A stretch of DNA of 64,000 nt from an uncultured Bacilli bacterium (GCA_947626275.1 CANQRL010000005.1:18992-82991); one strand, 5' to 3'. Positions 48,664-59,244 are shown, counted from the first letter of the stretch. Notes: generated by a model from the letters alone, not told the origin. Translations and numbers: made by a program.

Positions 48664-50024
48664 TGGATGAGAAAATAGAAATGCGTAATTTGGATCCGGA
48701 AAGACGGTCCCATACTTTTGAAGAGGTAGCATTAGGATATAATGAAGAAGAAGCTTTAAAAGAGGCCAATAGGTGTCTACAATGTCAAAATCCTCGTTGT
48801 GTGAAAGGATGCCCTGTCAACATTGAAATTCCTAGGTTCATTAAAGCAATTCGTGAACATAACCTAGAGGAAGCTTATCAAATCATTCTCGAATCTTCTA
48901 GTTTACCTGCGATTTGTGGACGGGTTTGTCCGCAAGAAAAACAATGTGAAAAGATGTGTATTAAAGGATTTAAAGGCGATGCCATTGCGATTGGTTCTCT
49001 AGAGAGATATGTAGCAGACTATGCTTTTGATCATGAATTAAATGCCGCTCAGCAAAAACCAAAAACGGGAAAGAGAGTTGCGATTGTTGGATCTGGTCCA
49101 AGTGGGCTTACTTGTGCGGGAGAATTATTGAAAGAGGGCGTAGATGTTACCATCTATGAATCTCTACATAAAGCAGGAGGAGTATTAACCTATGGTATTC
49201 CTGAATTCCGATTACCAAAGAAGATTGTGGAAAGCGAAGTAAATCACCTAAAAAAAATGGGTGCGAATATTCTTCTAAATGCCGTTATTGGAAAAACGAT
49301 AACGTTAGAGGAGTTAGAAAATACCTATGATGCGGTTTACTTAGCGACGGGTGCTGGTTTACCAAAATTTTTGGGAATTCCAAATGAAAATGCGAACGGG
49401 GTCTTTTCTGCGAATGAAGTACTTACCCGAATCAATTTAATGGGGTCTTATGAAGAAGATGCCAAAACACCAATTAAAAAAGGCAAGAAAGCACTAGTAG
49501 TTGGTGGAGGAAATGTAGCAATGGATGCTGCTCGTAGTTTAAAGAGAATCGGTTATGATGTATCAATTGTCTATCGTCGTACGATGGAAGAATTACCAGC
49601 TAGAAAAATGGAAATTGAACATGCGAAAGAGGAAGGAATCATCTTTGATTTACTAAAGAATCCAAAAGAGGTAATCATTGATGACAATTATAATGTTAAG
49701 GGATTAAAAGTTGCCTTAATGGAATTAACGGATGTGGATGAAAGCGGTAGAAGAGGGGTTAAAGAAATCCCTGGTCAAACGGAAGACATTGATTGTGATA
49801 CCATCGTTGTAGCGTTAGGTACTATGCCAAATCCAATTGCAACAGAAAATAGTGACATCGTAACAGATGAGAAAGGATTAATTACGGCTCCAGAAAGTGT
49901 AACGAATAACCCTCATGTCTATGCCGGAGGAGATGCTGTAACGGGTGCTGCCACCGTCATTTTAGCGATGGAAGCTGGAAAGAAAGCTGCTAGTCACATT
50001 TTAAGTGATTTAGGATTGAGTTAA
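48663..50024 (+). CDS. NfnB/SudA-like (GltD-like) oxidoreductase subunit
   Basis: RCLQC....C..GCP, CGRVCPQE.QCE..C, GSGPSG, GGGNVAMD. The pair is typical of NfnAB transhydrogenase. Confidence 0.9.
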   Translation: MDEKIEMRNLDPERRSHTFEEVALGYNEEEALKEANRCLQCQNPRCVKGCPVNIEIPRFIKAIREHNLEEAYQIILESSSLPAICGRVCPQEKQCEKMCIKGFKGDAIAIGSLERYVADYAFDHELNAAQQKPKTGKRVAIVGSGPSGLTCAGELLKEGVDVTIYESLHKAGGVLTYGIPEFRLPKKIVESEVNHLKKMGANILLNAVIGKTITLEELENTYDAVYLATGAGLPKFLGIPNENANGVFSANEVLTRINLMGSYEEDAKTPIKKGKKALVVGGGNVAMDAARSLKRIGYDVSIVYRRTMEELPARKMEIEHAKEEGIIFDLLKNPKEVIIDDNYNVKGLKVALMELTDVDESGRRGVKEIPGQTEDIDCDTIVVALGTMPNPIATENSDIVTDEKGLITAPESVTNNPHVYAGGDAVTGAATVILAMEAGKKAASHILSDLGLS

Positions 50025-50176
50025 TAAGAAACTACACGAATACCGTGTAGTTTTTCATATCCTTCTTTGAACAAATCCACATTCGTGTGCATAAAATTCT
50101 TATGAAAAAGCTTTACTCCCATTTCTTTTCATGTTACGATATTCTTAAGAACGATTGAAAAAAGGAGGATAACATA

Positions 50177-50440
50177 ATGGAGTTTAAGGAATTTTCGAAT
50201 CCTGAAGGAAAGGACTATGACATTTTAAGTAGTAGGGAAACCAAAGAGGAGAAAGAAGTAGATTATTCTTTAGAATTGGCTAATCTAATTGGTATTCTAG
50301 AAGATGTCTCTGAGGCAGATTTAAAGGCTCAGTATGGAATTACGCTAGAGGAATATTATCATCCAACTCCTGTAGTCATTGCTAAAGTAAAAATGGCGCT
50401 TGAAAATGTAAATGATGTAGAGGATATCAAACAAAAGTAA
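50177..50440 (+). CDS. Hypothetical small acidic protein
   Basis: AGGAGG RBS; followed by a bidirectional terminator. Confidence 0.65.
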   Translation: MEFKEFSNPEGKDYDILSSRETKEEKEVDYSLELANLIGILEDVSEADLKAQYGITLEEYYHPTPVVIAKVKMALENVNDVEDIKQK

Positions 50441-50442
50441 CA

Positions 50443-50477
50443 AATAAAACCCATAGAATACTATGGGTTTTGTTATT
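50443..50477. terminator. Bidirectional intrinsic terminator
   Basis: AAAACCCATAG-aata-CTATGGGTTTT. Confidence 0.8.
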
Positions 50478-50479
50478 TT

Positions 50480-52378
50480 TTAAGCTACTTTTTGGCTTCT
50501 TTCTTGTAGGACTTTTTGAACTAACATCTCTACATATTGTTCTGAAAGAAGAGTGATTTCCTCATCAGAACAGTTTTCTTGAGGTGGAAATTTTAATTCT
50601 TTGCGCATGAGGTCAATTGCTTGCTGTGAGGAAAGAAAGCTAATCACATCTTTTCTAGCATCGTTTCTTCTTGTAAAGCTATTATATTGACCAGATGTTA
50701 GAAATCTTGCTAGGGAAAGCTTGATAAATTCTTCTCCAGAAACACTTGATAATCCTTGCTGAAAGCCTTCTTCTTTGGATAGATAAGTTTCGATAACGGC
50801 TTTTTCTAATGCCTCTTTTTGATAAAATTCCATTTTTCCTTGGTTAATGAGATTGCTGGCATAGTCATTGAAAGAAAGTCCTTTTTGTTCTAATTGAGTA
50901 AGCAGTTGGTTTCGAAAATCGGATTGAACAATTTCTTCGCGCAAGCCGTAATCCCTTGTTAAATAATTTGCTTTAGCGGTTTCAATGTAGAGCTTTAAAG
51001 CATTTACTGCAGAGATTAGATTATAGTTTCTTTCCATAATACTAATAATTCGCATTGTCGTTTTCTCTAGAGAAGTATCTTCTTTTTCTTGTAAAACGAG
51101 AGGAGTAGGCTCTTCTTCTACCGTTTCTTTTTCTTCTTCTAAAACGAGAGAAGCAGGTTCTTCTTCTGTTTCTTTTTCCACTTCTTTCACGGTTGGATCA
51201 ATACTTTCTATATATTTTCGAAGAGATACTTTTTCTTCTGCTAGAAGGCGAAGAATGGAATCTCTAAAATTGACACTAGTAAGAAGATCCCGTAACCCAT
51301 TTTCACGGGTAAGGAAGGAAGGGTCATTTCTTCTAATATACTCACGGATATTTTGAACCGCTATTGTTCTTCCATATTTATTAGTCATTGTACGAAGCGC
51401 TTGAAGTAAGAAGGTTCTTACTTGCTTTACTTCCTCTTGAGTTAGTTTTTTGGGACTAGGGTCTCTTAACATAGCAAGGGTAGAAATCTTCTTCTCCTGA
51501 ATGACATCATTTTGACAATCCGCTACGTGTTTTAAATAATCTTCATAAGTAAATTCTTCGTCGCTTGCTTGTAAGATTAGTTTGGTAATATTTTGATAAC
51601 CGACAATGGTTTCATTTGTGTTTCTAGGGTATCTTCCATCAATGGCAAAGTCTTGTATTAGTCTATCGGTATCATCAAAATTTTCTAATACTTCTTCATA
51701 ATAAGATTGGATAAATTGATAGAAATCCTCTACACAAATGTCTTCTACGGTATTCGTCTTTTGTTTTTCCGATAGATAAAGTCGAATGTAATTGGAAATT
51801 GTCCTTAAAAAGGATAAGGTTCCGTCATTGACATAAGCAACTCCGTTTCGTTGAAAAGCAAAAGGATTGGCTTCTAACATTCCTTCTTGGATGTGTTCAT
51901 TGTTTTGAATAAATCGATTCAATAAGTCGGCATCTTCTGGATAGAGTAGATGAATGACGATATCATCATTTAGAATTCGAGAAGCCACGTTGGTAATGTG
52001 AGGAATGTGGTATTCTTCTAAGAATTGAAGAATGTCATTGACACTTTCTTCAATATGGTCTAAATCTTGCGGTAGATAGATTTTAATAGAATCCCTAGTG
52101 GTATGAAACTGACTTTCAAAACTAGTAAACTGGCAGAAATACTGATTTCTATCTACTTCACCTAGATGAAAATCTGGAAATTGATTAATCCAGTTAGGAA
52201 AAAAATAGGATATTTTAGCTTCTTTTTCTTCCTCTTTAACCCCTAGATGAGTTAGTTGATGGTAGATGATATCTTCGGTATTAGGATGAGAAAAATCAAT
52301 CTCAGGATTTTCTTCTATAATATCTTGAAAGAATGCTAGGAATTGTGTAATTTTCTCTCTTTTATTCATTTGGTACAT
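50480..52378 (-). CDS. Hypothetical protein with three helical TR-x-x-x-x-R repeats
   Basis: FLTRENGLR, YLTRDYGLR, SFTRRNDAR. Confidence 0.7.
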   Translation of the reverse strand: MYQMNKREKITQFLAFFQDIIEENPEIDFSHPNTEDIIYHQLTHLGVKEEEKEAKISYFFPNWINQFPDFHLGEVDRNQYFCQFTSFESQFHTTRDSIKIYLPQDLDHIEESVNDILQFLEEYHIPHITNVASRILNDDIVIHLLYPEDADLLNRFIQNNEHIQEGMLEANPFAFQRNGVAYVNDGTLSFLRTISNYIRLYLSEKQKTNTVEDICVEDFYQFIQSYYEEVLENFDDTDRLIQDFAIDGRYPRNTNETIVGYQNITKLILQASDEEFTYEDYLKHVADCQNDVIQEKKISTLAMLRDPSPKKLTQEEVKQVRTFLLQALRTMTNKYGRTIAVQNIREYIRRNDPSFLTRENGLRDLLTSVNFRDSILRLLAEEKVSLRKYIESIDPTVKEVEKETEEEPASLVLEEEKETVEEEPTPLVLQEKEDTSLEKTTMRIISIMERNYNLISAVNALKLYIETAKANYLTRDYGLREEIVQSDFRNQLLTQLEQKGLSFNDYASNLINQGKMEFYQKEALEKAVIETYLSKEEGFQQGLSSVSGEEFIKLSLARFLTSGQYNSFTRRNDARKDVISFLSSQQAIDLMRKELKFPPQENCSDEEITLLSEQYVEMLVQKVLQERSQKVA

Positions 52379-52541
52379 TCTCCTTATTTACCTCTTTTTG
52401 ACCCTCTTGAATGCGAAGAACGTCTTCTTGGGTAAATTCAATAGTATCTTCATTGGGATAGGAAAGAACATCTAATTTTTGCTCTCCTACTTCTAATTCC
52501 GTTTCTAATTCGATTCTTTCTCCGTGATATAAAACTTCCAT
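52362..52541 (-). CDS. Unannotated 59-aa acidic protein
   Basis: AGGAGTGA RBS; MEVLYHGERIELETELEVGEQKLD...; overlaps the start of the downstream gene. Confidence 0.65.
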   Translation of the reverse strand: MEVLYHGERIELETELEVGEQKLDVLSYPNEDTIEFTQEDVLRIQEGQKEVNKENVPNE

Positions 52542-52659
52542 ACAATCACTCCTAGTATCTCTAGTTTAAGTATACCATAGTTCGAACGAAATAAGAAGAT
52601 TTTTCTTTTCTTTTCTAGGAAAAGCATTTATGGTATACTAAGAAAAAGGAAGCACGGAA

Positions 52660-53415
52660 ATGAAAAGAGAATTAATGGAAAGAATCTTAAAAGAATTGCA
52701 TGAGGGAAATAAATTAGAGTCTATTTTGAAAGCGTGTTATCAAGAAGAAATTCCTCTTTCCTTTGATTGTTTTCAAGAAAAAGTTATCGAAAAATTAGGA
52801 ATAGATCAAGAAAGTTATGAGACTGGGAAACCTTCTCAAAAGTTAAGAGCTTATACCATCGCTTTGGAAGAAGAATTTTTACGACAACGTTCTAAAGAGG
52901 TAGAAAAGGGAGAAATGATTGATGAGGATCTTCAAAAGCTAGAAAAATACTGCCAGGAACATGAGGTATTTGCGATGGCTGCCGTTCAAATTGGTATCCC
53001 GAAACGAATCATTTATCTCAAGAATACGACCTTAGAAAATGTAGAGGAAGAAGGATATGATGAGCATAGAGTTCTCATCAATCCCGTTATTTTAAAAAGA
53101 GAAGGACTTACGAAGTACTGGGAAGCCTGTGCGAGTTGTCTAGACTATACGGGTTTAGTGGCTAGACCTTACCGAATCGTTGTAGAGTATCAAACGATAT
53201 CAGGAGAAAAGCAAAAAGAAACGTTTGAGGGCTTTGAATCTACGGTTTTATCCCATGAGTATGACCATCTAAATGGTATTCTTCATCCCGATGTTGCTTT
53301 GGAGTTAAAATGGATGGATAAAGAAGAGAGAAAAGCATTCCGGGAAATTCATGGATATGAGATTTTATGGAAAGAGGGAGATTATGAAAAACTTTTAGAA
53401 CAAGTAAAAGCGTAA
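52660..53415 (+). CDS. def: Peptide deformylase with N-terminal extension
   Basis: AAVQIG, INP, EACAS, HEYDHLNG. Confidence 0.85.
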   Translation: MKRELMERILKELHEGNKLESILKACYQEEIPLSFDCFQEKVIEKLGIDQESYETGKPSQKLRAYTIALEEEFLRQRSKEVEKGEMIDEDLQKLEKYCQEHEVFAMAAVQIGIPKRIIYLKNTTLENVEEEGYDEHRVLINPVILKREGLTKYWEACASCLDYTGLVARPYRIVVEYQTISGEKQKETFEGFESTVLSHEYDHLNGILHPDVALELKWMDKEERKAFREIHGYEILWKEGDYEKLLEQVKA

Positions 53416-53471
53416 TCTCTTTCTTCGACGAATTTTCAAGTATCCTATGGTATAATGAAATAGGTGATAAC

Positions 53472-54689
53472 ATGAAAGAAAATTTACGAAAGTATGCGCA
53501 ATTATTATTAATTCGTTGTTTAAACTTGAAGGAAGATGTTCGACCTCTTTTAATTTCTGCTCCTGTTCGAGCCGTTGACTTTATTGAAATTTTAACGCAT
53601 GAGGCATATGAACTAGGAGTAACTGATATTCATTTTGATTTCGAAGATGAAGGCCTAAAGCATGAACAACTTATGTACTTAGGGGATGAAGATTTGTTAG
53701 AAAGCCCTTTTTGGAATAAGCAAATATTTGATGAATATGCGAAAAAGAAAGCGGCCTTTTTGATGCTTTATTCCGATGATATTGAGTTGATGAAAGATGT
53801 AGCTCCAGAGAAAATTTCTCTAACGAGTCATCAATTTCGTGCCTCTCGACCTCTTTATAAAAAATTACAAAGTACGGATGAGGTTCCTTGGTGTATCGCG
53901 ATTGTGGCAACAGAGGGGTATGCGAAAAAGGTATTTCCAAAAGAAGAATATCCTGTTCAAGCGATGTGGGATGCGATTTTCCATTGTACGCTAGTGGATA
54001 GGGAAGATCCTATTGCGGCTTGGGAAAAGAAAACATCTCTCATTCAAAAGAAGGCAACACTTCTCAATTACTACCATTTTCGGACTCTTCATTATGAAAA
54101 TGCTCTAGGAACAGATTTAACGATAGAGCTTCCTAAAAAGCATTTATGGAAGGGAGCTGGGGATGGACCTTATATTGTGAATATGCCAACAGAAGAAGTA
54201 TTTACTTCTCCTCTTAGAACCGGAATAAATGGAATTGTCTATAGTGCCAAACCACTTGTCTATGGAAGTACTTTAATCGAAGATTTTTCTTTGCGTGTCG
54301 AAGATGGCAAAATCGTGGAGATCAAAGCTGCTAAGGGACAAGAAATACTAGAAAAAATGATTCAAAATGATAGTAATGCTTGCTATTTTGGAGAAGTGGC
54401 TCTTGTGGATTATGATTCTCCTATTTCCAATACAGGTCTTATTTTTTATGAAACCTTATACGATGAAAATGCTTCTTGTCATTTAGCGATAGGAGATGGA
54501 TTTCCTACGTGTTATGAAGATGGGGAGCGGATGACTAGAGAAGAACTTTTAGAATGTGGTGTCAACCATTCCGTTGTCCATACCGATTTTATGGTAGGAA
54601 CCAAAGATTTAAAAATCACTGGAATGACTTGGGATAATCAAGAGTATACTATTTTTGAGAACGGAAATTTTGTTTTAAAGGAAAGATAA
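53472..54689 (+). CDS. M29 family aminopeptidase (AmpS/PepS)
   Basis: NMPTEEVFT.P, GEVALV, YDENASCHLAIG, N.S.VH.DFM. Confidence 0.92.
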   Translation: MKENLRKYAQLLLIRCLNLKEDVRPLLISAPVRAVDFIEILTHEAYELGVTDIHFDFEDEGLKHEQLMYLGDEDLLESPFWNKQIFDEYAKKKAAFLMLYSDDIELMKDVAPEKISLTSHQFRASRPLYKKLQSTDEVPWCIAIVATEGYAKKVFPKEEYPVQAMWDAIFHCTLVDREDPIAAWEKKTSLIQKKATLLNYYHFRTLHYENALGTDLTIELPKKHLWKGAGDGPYIVNMPTEEVFTSPLRTGINGIVYSAKPLVYGSTLIEDFSLRVEDGKIVEIKAAKGQEILEKMIQNDSNACYFGEVALVDYDSPISNTGLIFYETLYDENASCHLAIGDGFPTCYEDGERMTREELLECGVNHSVVHTDFMVGTKDLKITGMTWDNQEYTIFENGNFVLKER

Positions 54690-54778
54690 TATCTTTCTTT
54701 TTTTACTTTCTAGAATTGGCAATTTCATCATGTTATGTTATAATAGTTTATGCTAGTAGTTAGTTATGGAGGGATAAA

Positions 54779-55606
54779 ATGACTTTAACGACAGTCGTAG
54801 AGATGGTACGAAAGCTAGTAGATATCTTACTCGTTTGGTTAGTACTATACTACGTATTAAAAAGTTTACGAAAGAATGTTAAAATGATACTCCTTTTCAA
54901 GGGAATTATTTTTATTTTGTTATTGGTATGGATTAGTGATGTTTTCAATCTAACGACGATTGGCTATATTCTAGACTACGTTTTGGAATGGGGATTTTTA
55001 GCGGTTATTGTTATCTTTCAACCGGAAATTCGAAACGTTTTAGAACAGTTAGGACGTAGTCAACTTTTAGGACGTCATAAAGTCTTAACAGTAGATGAAA
55101 GAGAAAGAGTTGTCTATGAAATTGTAACGGCAATGGAAGCTATGAAGAAGACGAGAACTGGTGCTTTAATTGTCATTGAAAGAGATAATAGTTTAAATGA
55201 TTACATTGAAAAATCAAAGAAAATTTATGCGGATATCTCTTCTGAATTATTAGTAACGCTATTTTTCCCTAATAACCCATTACATGATGGTGGTGTTATT
55301 ATTCAAGGAGACAAAATTACCAGTGCGAGAGCGGTTTTTCCAACAAGTGATAACCTAAAGATTAGTAAACGTTTGGGAACGAGACATAGAGCAGCGCTTG
55401 GTATTTCAGAACTTACTGATTGTATTTCTCTAATTGTTTCTGAAGAAACCGGAAGACTTTCTGTTGCTATTGGAGGAGAGCTACACTACAATCTTTCTGC
55501 TGATGAAGTGAAACTCTTATTGTTAGAAGGATTAAGACCAAAACAGAGTGCGACAATAGATGAGGAAGAAGAGGAGGAAGAGGAAAATGTTGAAGAAGAT
55601 AAGTAA
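54779..55606 (+). CDS. cdaA: Diadenylate cyclase
   Basis: Three TM helices, FQPEIR, LHDGG, GTRHRAA, VSEETG. Confidence 0.95.
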   Translation: MTLTTVVEMVRKLVDILLVWLVLYYVLKSLRKNVKMILLFKGIIFILLLVWISDVFNLTTIGYILDYVLEWGFLAVIVIFQPEIRNVLEQLGRSQLLGRHKVLTVDERERVVYEIVTAMEAMKKTRTGALIVIERDNSLNDYIEKSKKIYADISSELLVTLFFPNNPLHDGGVIIQGDKITSARAVFPTSDNLKISKRLGTRHRAALGISELTDCISLIVSEETGRLSVAIGGELHYNLSADEVKLLLLEGLRPKQSATIDEEEEEEEENVEEDK

Positions 55607-56960
55607 TCTTGGTAAGAAAATCGCAAAAACATTTGACCGTCATATCGTTACTCCTATTACTCGTCTTGTTCTTAAAATTACCAGTGGTTTTGATAAATCT
55701 AGCCACAAACTAGAAAGTATTTTATCGAAACAGACGACCCTTTTATTTTTATCACTCGCTTTATCCATTGTCTTATTTATTTTTATCGATCAGAAAATTT
55801 TACATTTGACAACGAATAGTGCGAAAGTATTAAAGGATCAAACAGCCGAAGTTTTATACAATGATGAGCGTTTTGTTATTACGGGTGTTCCTGATACGTT
55901 TGATATTACTTTAATTGGTAGTAAGGCTGATTTATATATCGCGGAACAATCCAAAAATCACAGTTTAAAGTTGGATTTAAGAGATATTACGGAACCAGGA
56001 ACTTATAAGAAAGATGTAGAATACGAAGTAGGAAATACATCGATTGATTATAGTGTCAATCCATCACAGGTAACGGTTGTCGTATATTTGAAGGAATCTC
56101 GGAATCAAACATTATCTTATAATGTCATTAATCGGGATCATTTAGATAGTACCTTAGAAGTAAGTAACGTTGAATTAAATGTTGATCAGGTTGTTATCAG
56201 TGGTGCTGATTTTCAACTAGAGAAGGTAGCGACCGTTGATGCTTTAATCGATGTCGATAAGTTGACAAGTTTAGAGGCAGGAACACAAACCTTAAAAGAT
56301 ATCACGTTACGGGCTTATGATAAAGATGGAAATGTTGTGGATGTCGAGATTAACGTAAAAGAAGATATTGTTGCTAATGTAACTATTACTTCTTCTTCTC
56401 GGGAGGTACCACTTAATTTCGTTCCCGTAAATTCTGTTCCATTTGGAAATGCTATCAGTTCTTATGCCTTTAGCCAAAATACTGTTACGGTTTATGGAAC
56501 AACGGAAGTATTAGATCAGTTAGAACAAAATGGTATTGATATTGAGGTAGATGTCAGTCATTTAACAAGTGATTATACAACTGAAGTGGAAATTCCAAAA
56601 CCGGCGGGAGTAAAACAGTTGTCGGCCAATAAGGTGACCGTTGAAATTAAAGTTACGCGTAGTAGTGAACCAGTCACGAAGACGTTAAAGGTAATTGCTG
56701 TGAATATTCCAACAGGCTTGACAGCGGGGGCTTATTCAGCGGACGATGCCGAAATATTAGTAGATATTATTGGTGCTTCGAATGTCATTGCTAATTTACA
56801 GGATAGTGAAATTCAAGTCTATGTCGATTTGAGTGGCTATACGGCTTCTAGTAAGCCTTATGATGTACCAATTCAAATTCGTGCGAATTCCTCTAATGCT
56901 CGTTTGGCAACCTATGTTCCAAAGAAAGAAACGGTAAAGATTGTCATTACTAAGAAATAA
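55587..56960 (+). CDS. cdaR: CdaR/YbbR-like regulator
   Basis: TM helix plus repeated YbbR-like beta domains directly downstream of cdaA. Confidence 0.85.
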   Translation: MLKKISNLGKKIAKTFDRHIVTPITRLVLKITSGFDKSSHKLESILSKQTTLLFLSLALSIVLFIFIDQKILHLTTNSAKVLKDQTAEVLYNDERFVITGVPDTFDITLIGSKADLYIAEQSKNHSLKLDLRDITEPGTYKKDVEYEVGNTSIDYSVNPSQVTVVVYLKESRNQTLSYNVINRDHLDSTLEVSNVELNVDQVVISGADFQLEKVATVDALIDVDKLTSLEAGTQTLKDITLRAYDKDGNVVDVEINVKEDIVANVTITSSSREVPLNFVPVNSVPFGNAISSYAFSQNTVTVYGTTEVLDQLEQNGIDIEVDVSHLTSDYTTEVEIPKPAGVKQLSANKVTVEIKVTRSSEPVTKTLKVIAVNIPTGLTAGAYSADDAEILVDIIGASNVIANLQDSEIQVYVDLSGYTASSKPYDVPIQIRANSSNARLATYVPKKETVKIVITKK

Positions 56961-57047
56961 GATCTAGAAAAAATCTAGGTCTTTTTTTGAAATGCGTTTC
57001 ATATTCCTCTTTCCAGTTCATATAATTAAATGAAAAGAGAGGTAAAT

Positions 57048-58028
57048 ATGAAGAAAATTATATTTGTAATACTGTGTTTATTGGTTGTAGGATGTGGAAA
57101 ATCAAGTGAGAAAGATGCTTATCAGGATTTAGCAGATCGAATTGGTGGGTTAACCTCTTATGAGGCTAAGGGAGAATTATTAATCTATCGAGGAGAAGAT
57201 TCATATTCCTATGATGTGGAAGTAGCCTACCAAAAAGAAGATAACTATCGTGTTAGTTTAACGAACAAGATCAACAATCATGAGCAGATCATTTTACGTA
57301 ATCAAGAGGGAATCTATGTTTTAACACCATCTCTCAATAAAAGCTTTAAATTTCAAAGCGATTGGCCATATAACAATTCCCAAATCTATTTATTGGGAAG
57401 AATTATGGATGATCTAAAGAATGATGATAAGAGAACGCTTGCCAAAGAAAAAGATGGATATGTATTTACAAGTACCGTAAATTACTCTAATAATGAAGAT
57501 TTAAAAACTCAAAAGGTCTATGTAGATAACAAGTTAGCTATTACCAAAGTAGAAGTATTAAACGATGAAAATACAGTAGAAATGAGTATGACTTTTACAT
57601 CTATTGATGAAAAGAAAAATTTTGATGAAGACTATTTTACATTAGAAAAGAATATGGAAGGAAAGGAAACGGAGACAACGATGAGTGAGTTAGATTCGAT
57701 TGTTTATCCAATGTATATTCCTAATAACACCTATCTTACGAGTCAAGATAAGGTCAAATTAGATGAAGGAGAAAGAATTATTCTTACCTTTGAGGGAGAA
57801 AATCCTTTTATGCTAGTACAAGAAACAGCGACCGTTTCCTCTGATCTTGAAACCGATATGGTTTATGGCGATCCGTATTTGATTTCTGATACGATTGGGG
57901 CCGTTACAGACTATTCTGTTTCATGGATTAGTAATGGGATTGAATATTCTTTAGTCTCTGAGAATTTAAGTACGGAAGAAATGTTAAATGTAGCCAAGTC
58001 TGTAGGCGTAAATGCAATTTCAAAATAA
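57048..58028 (+). CDS. YdcC-like LolA-fold lipoprotein
   Basis: Lipobox VVGC, QIILRN..G.YVLTP.LNKSFKFQSDWP.N.SQ.YL; sigmaE-like TCATATT..CATATAAT upstream. Confidence 0.8.
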   Translation: MKKIIFVILCLLVVGCGKSSEKDAYQDLADRIGGLTSYEAKGELLIYRGEDSYSYDVEVAYQKEDNYRVSLTNKINNHEQIILRNQEGIYVLTPSLNKSFKFQSDWPYNNSQIYLLGRIMDDLKNDDKRTLAKEKDGYVFTSTVNYSNNEDLKTQKVYVDNKLAITKVEVLNDENTVEMSMTFTSIDEKKNFDEDYFTLEKNMEGKETETTMSELDSIVYPMYIPNNTYLTSQDKVKLDEGERIILTFEGENPFMLVQETATVSSDLETDMVYGDPYLISDTIGAVTDYSVSWISNGIEYSLVSENLSTEEMLNVAKSVGVNAISK

Positions 58029-58076
58029 TATTGTCATAAAAAACAAAGTTATGTTATAATAGCTTTGGTGATTCAG

Positions 58077-58604
58077 ATGAAAAAGGCAAAAATAACAAAG
58101 AAAAAAGAAAAAAAGGAACCCATTCCAGAGAGTACTTTGTCTATCAAAACAGTTGCTATTACATTTCTTTCTATCGCGATTGTTTTTGTGGCAACGTACT
58201 TCTTAACGGATTTTTTACTATCAAGGAGATCGAAGTCTACCGATAGCTCTAGTAACAGTGCTACGCAACAGACAAATACCATTGTGTTTTCTAATCTCTT
58301 AAGTCAATCAGCAGAGAAGTATTATGTTCTTGCAATGGTGGATGAGAAGAGTGAAGCCTATGAAAGATACTTATCTTGGATGAGTAAAACCTATTATATC
58401 GTTGATATGTCTAACAAAGTAAATCAAGTATATCTTGGAAAAGAAGAAGTGATTGGAGACTCTATTAAAGATATTCGTATTACCGATTCTACTTTATTTG
58501 TGGTAGAAGATGGTAAGATAACGAATCATGCAACAGGAAAAGAAAACATTTTAAAATACTTAGAAGAAGAATTAAAGGAAGCAGCTGCCGATAGTAACTC
58601 CTAA
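58077..58604 (+). CDS. Membrane-anchored hypothetical protein
   Basis: Single TM helix with a soluble C-terminal domain. Confidence 0.6.
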   Translation: MKKAKITKKKEKKEPIPESTLSIKTVAITFLSIAIVFVATYFLTDFLLSRRSKSTDSSSNSATQQTNTIVFSNLLSQSAEKYYVLAMVDEKSEAYERYLSWMSKTYYIVDMSNKVNQVYLGKEEVIGDSIKDIRITDSTLFVVEDGKITNHATGKENILKYLEEELKEAAADSNS

Positions 58605-58662
58605 AAGTCTATAGTAATATAGGCTTTTTTTGTGTATAATAACAATAGAAAGTAGGGGAGCT

Positions 58663-59187
58663 ATGGAACTTTTCTTATTATGTATTAAAATATTTTTTGT
58701 TCGTATTATGGATGTTTCTTTGGGAACCATTCGAGCAGTAATGACTGTTAAAGAAAAAAATTTAACAGCGACACTAATCGGCTTCTTTGAGGTAACGATT
58801 TGGTTTTTAGTCGTAAAAGATGCTTTAAATAGCGATTCTAACAGTTTATGGATTGTTTTTTCCTATGCAGGTGGCTTTGCTACAGGAACCTATATTGGGG
58901 GAATCATTGCGAAAAAATTTATTCGTGGAAAGTTAGGCATACAAATTATCATTCATGAAGAAGGAGTAGCGTTAATCGATGCCTTACGGGAGAACCAGTA
59001 TGCGGTTTCTGTTCTAAATGCGAAAGGGTCTAGTGGAGATAATAAGCTACTACTCTTTCTAGAGATTGATAGTAATCATTTAGAAGAACTTCAAAAATTA
59101 GTGCGAAGTTATGATGAAAAAGCATTTGTGGTAGTGAATGAGACAAAACTGGTTCAGAATGGATACTTTAGAGGAGTTGCCAAATAA
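58663..59187 (+). CDS. DUF2179/YebE-like membrane protein
   Basis: RIMDVSLGT.R, GFFEV.IW, YAGGFATG. Confidence 0.85.
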   Translation: MELFLLCIKIFFVRIMDVSLGTIRAVMTVKEKNLTATLIGFFEVTIWFLVVKDALNSDSNSLWIVFSYAGGFATGTYIGGIIAKKFIRGKLGIQIIIHEEGVALIDALRENQYAVSVLNAKGSSGDNKLLLFLEIDSNHLEELQKLVRSYDEKAFVVVNETKLVQNGYFRGVAK

Positions 59188-59244
59188 GGCAGCTCTTTTT
59201 CGTTCTAAAAATGAATCTTTGGCATAAGATGAATCAGGTGAACT

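Noticed and set aside
47800-50024. Glutamate synthase call
   Set aside because: No large GltB subunit; the pair matches NfnAB/SudAB.
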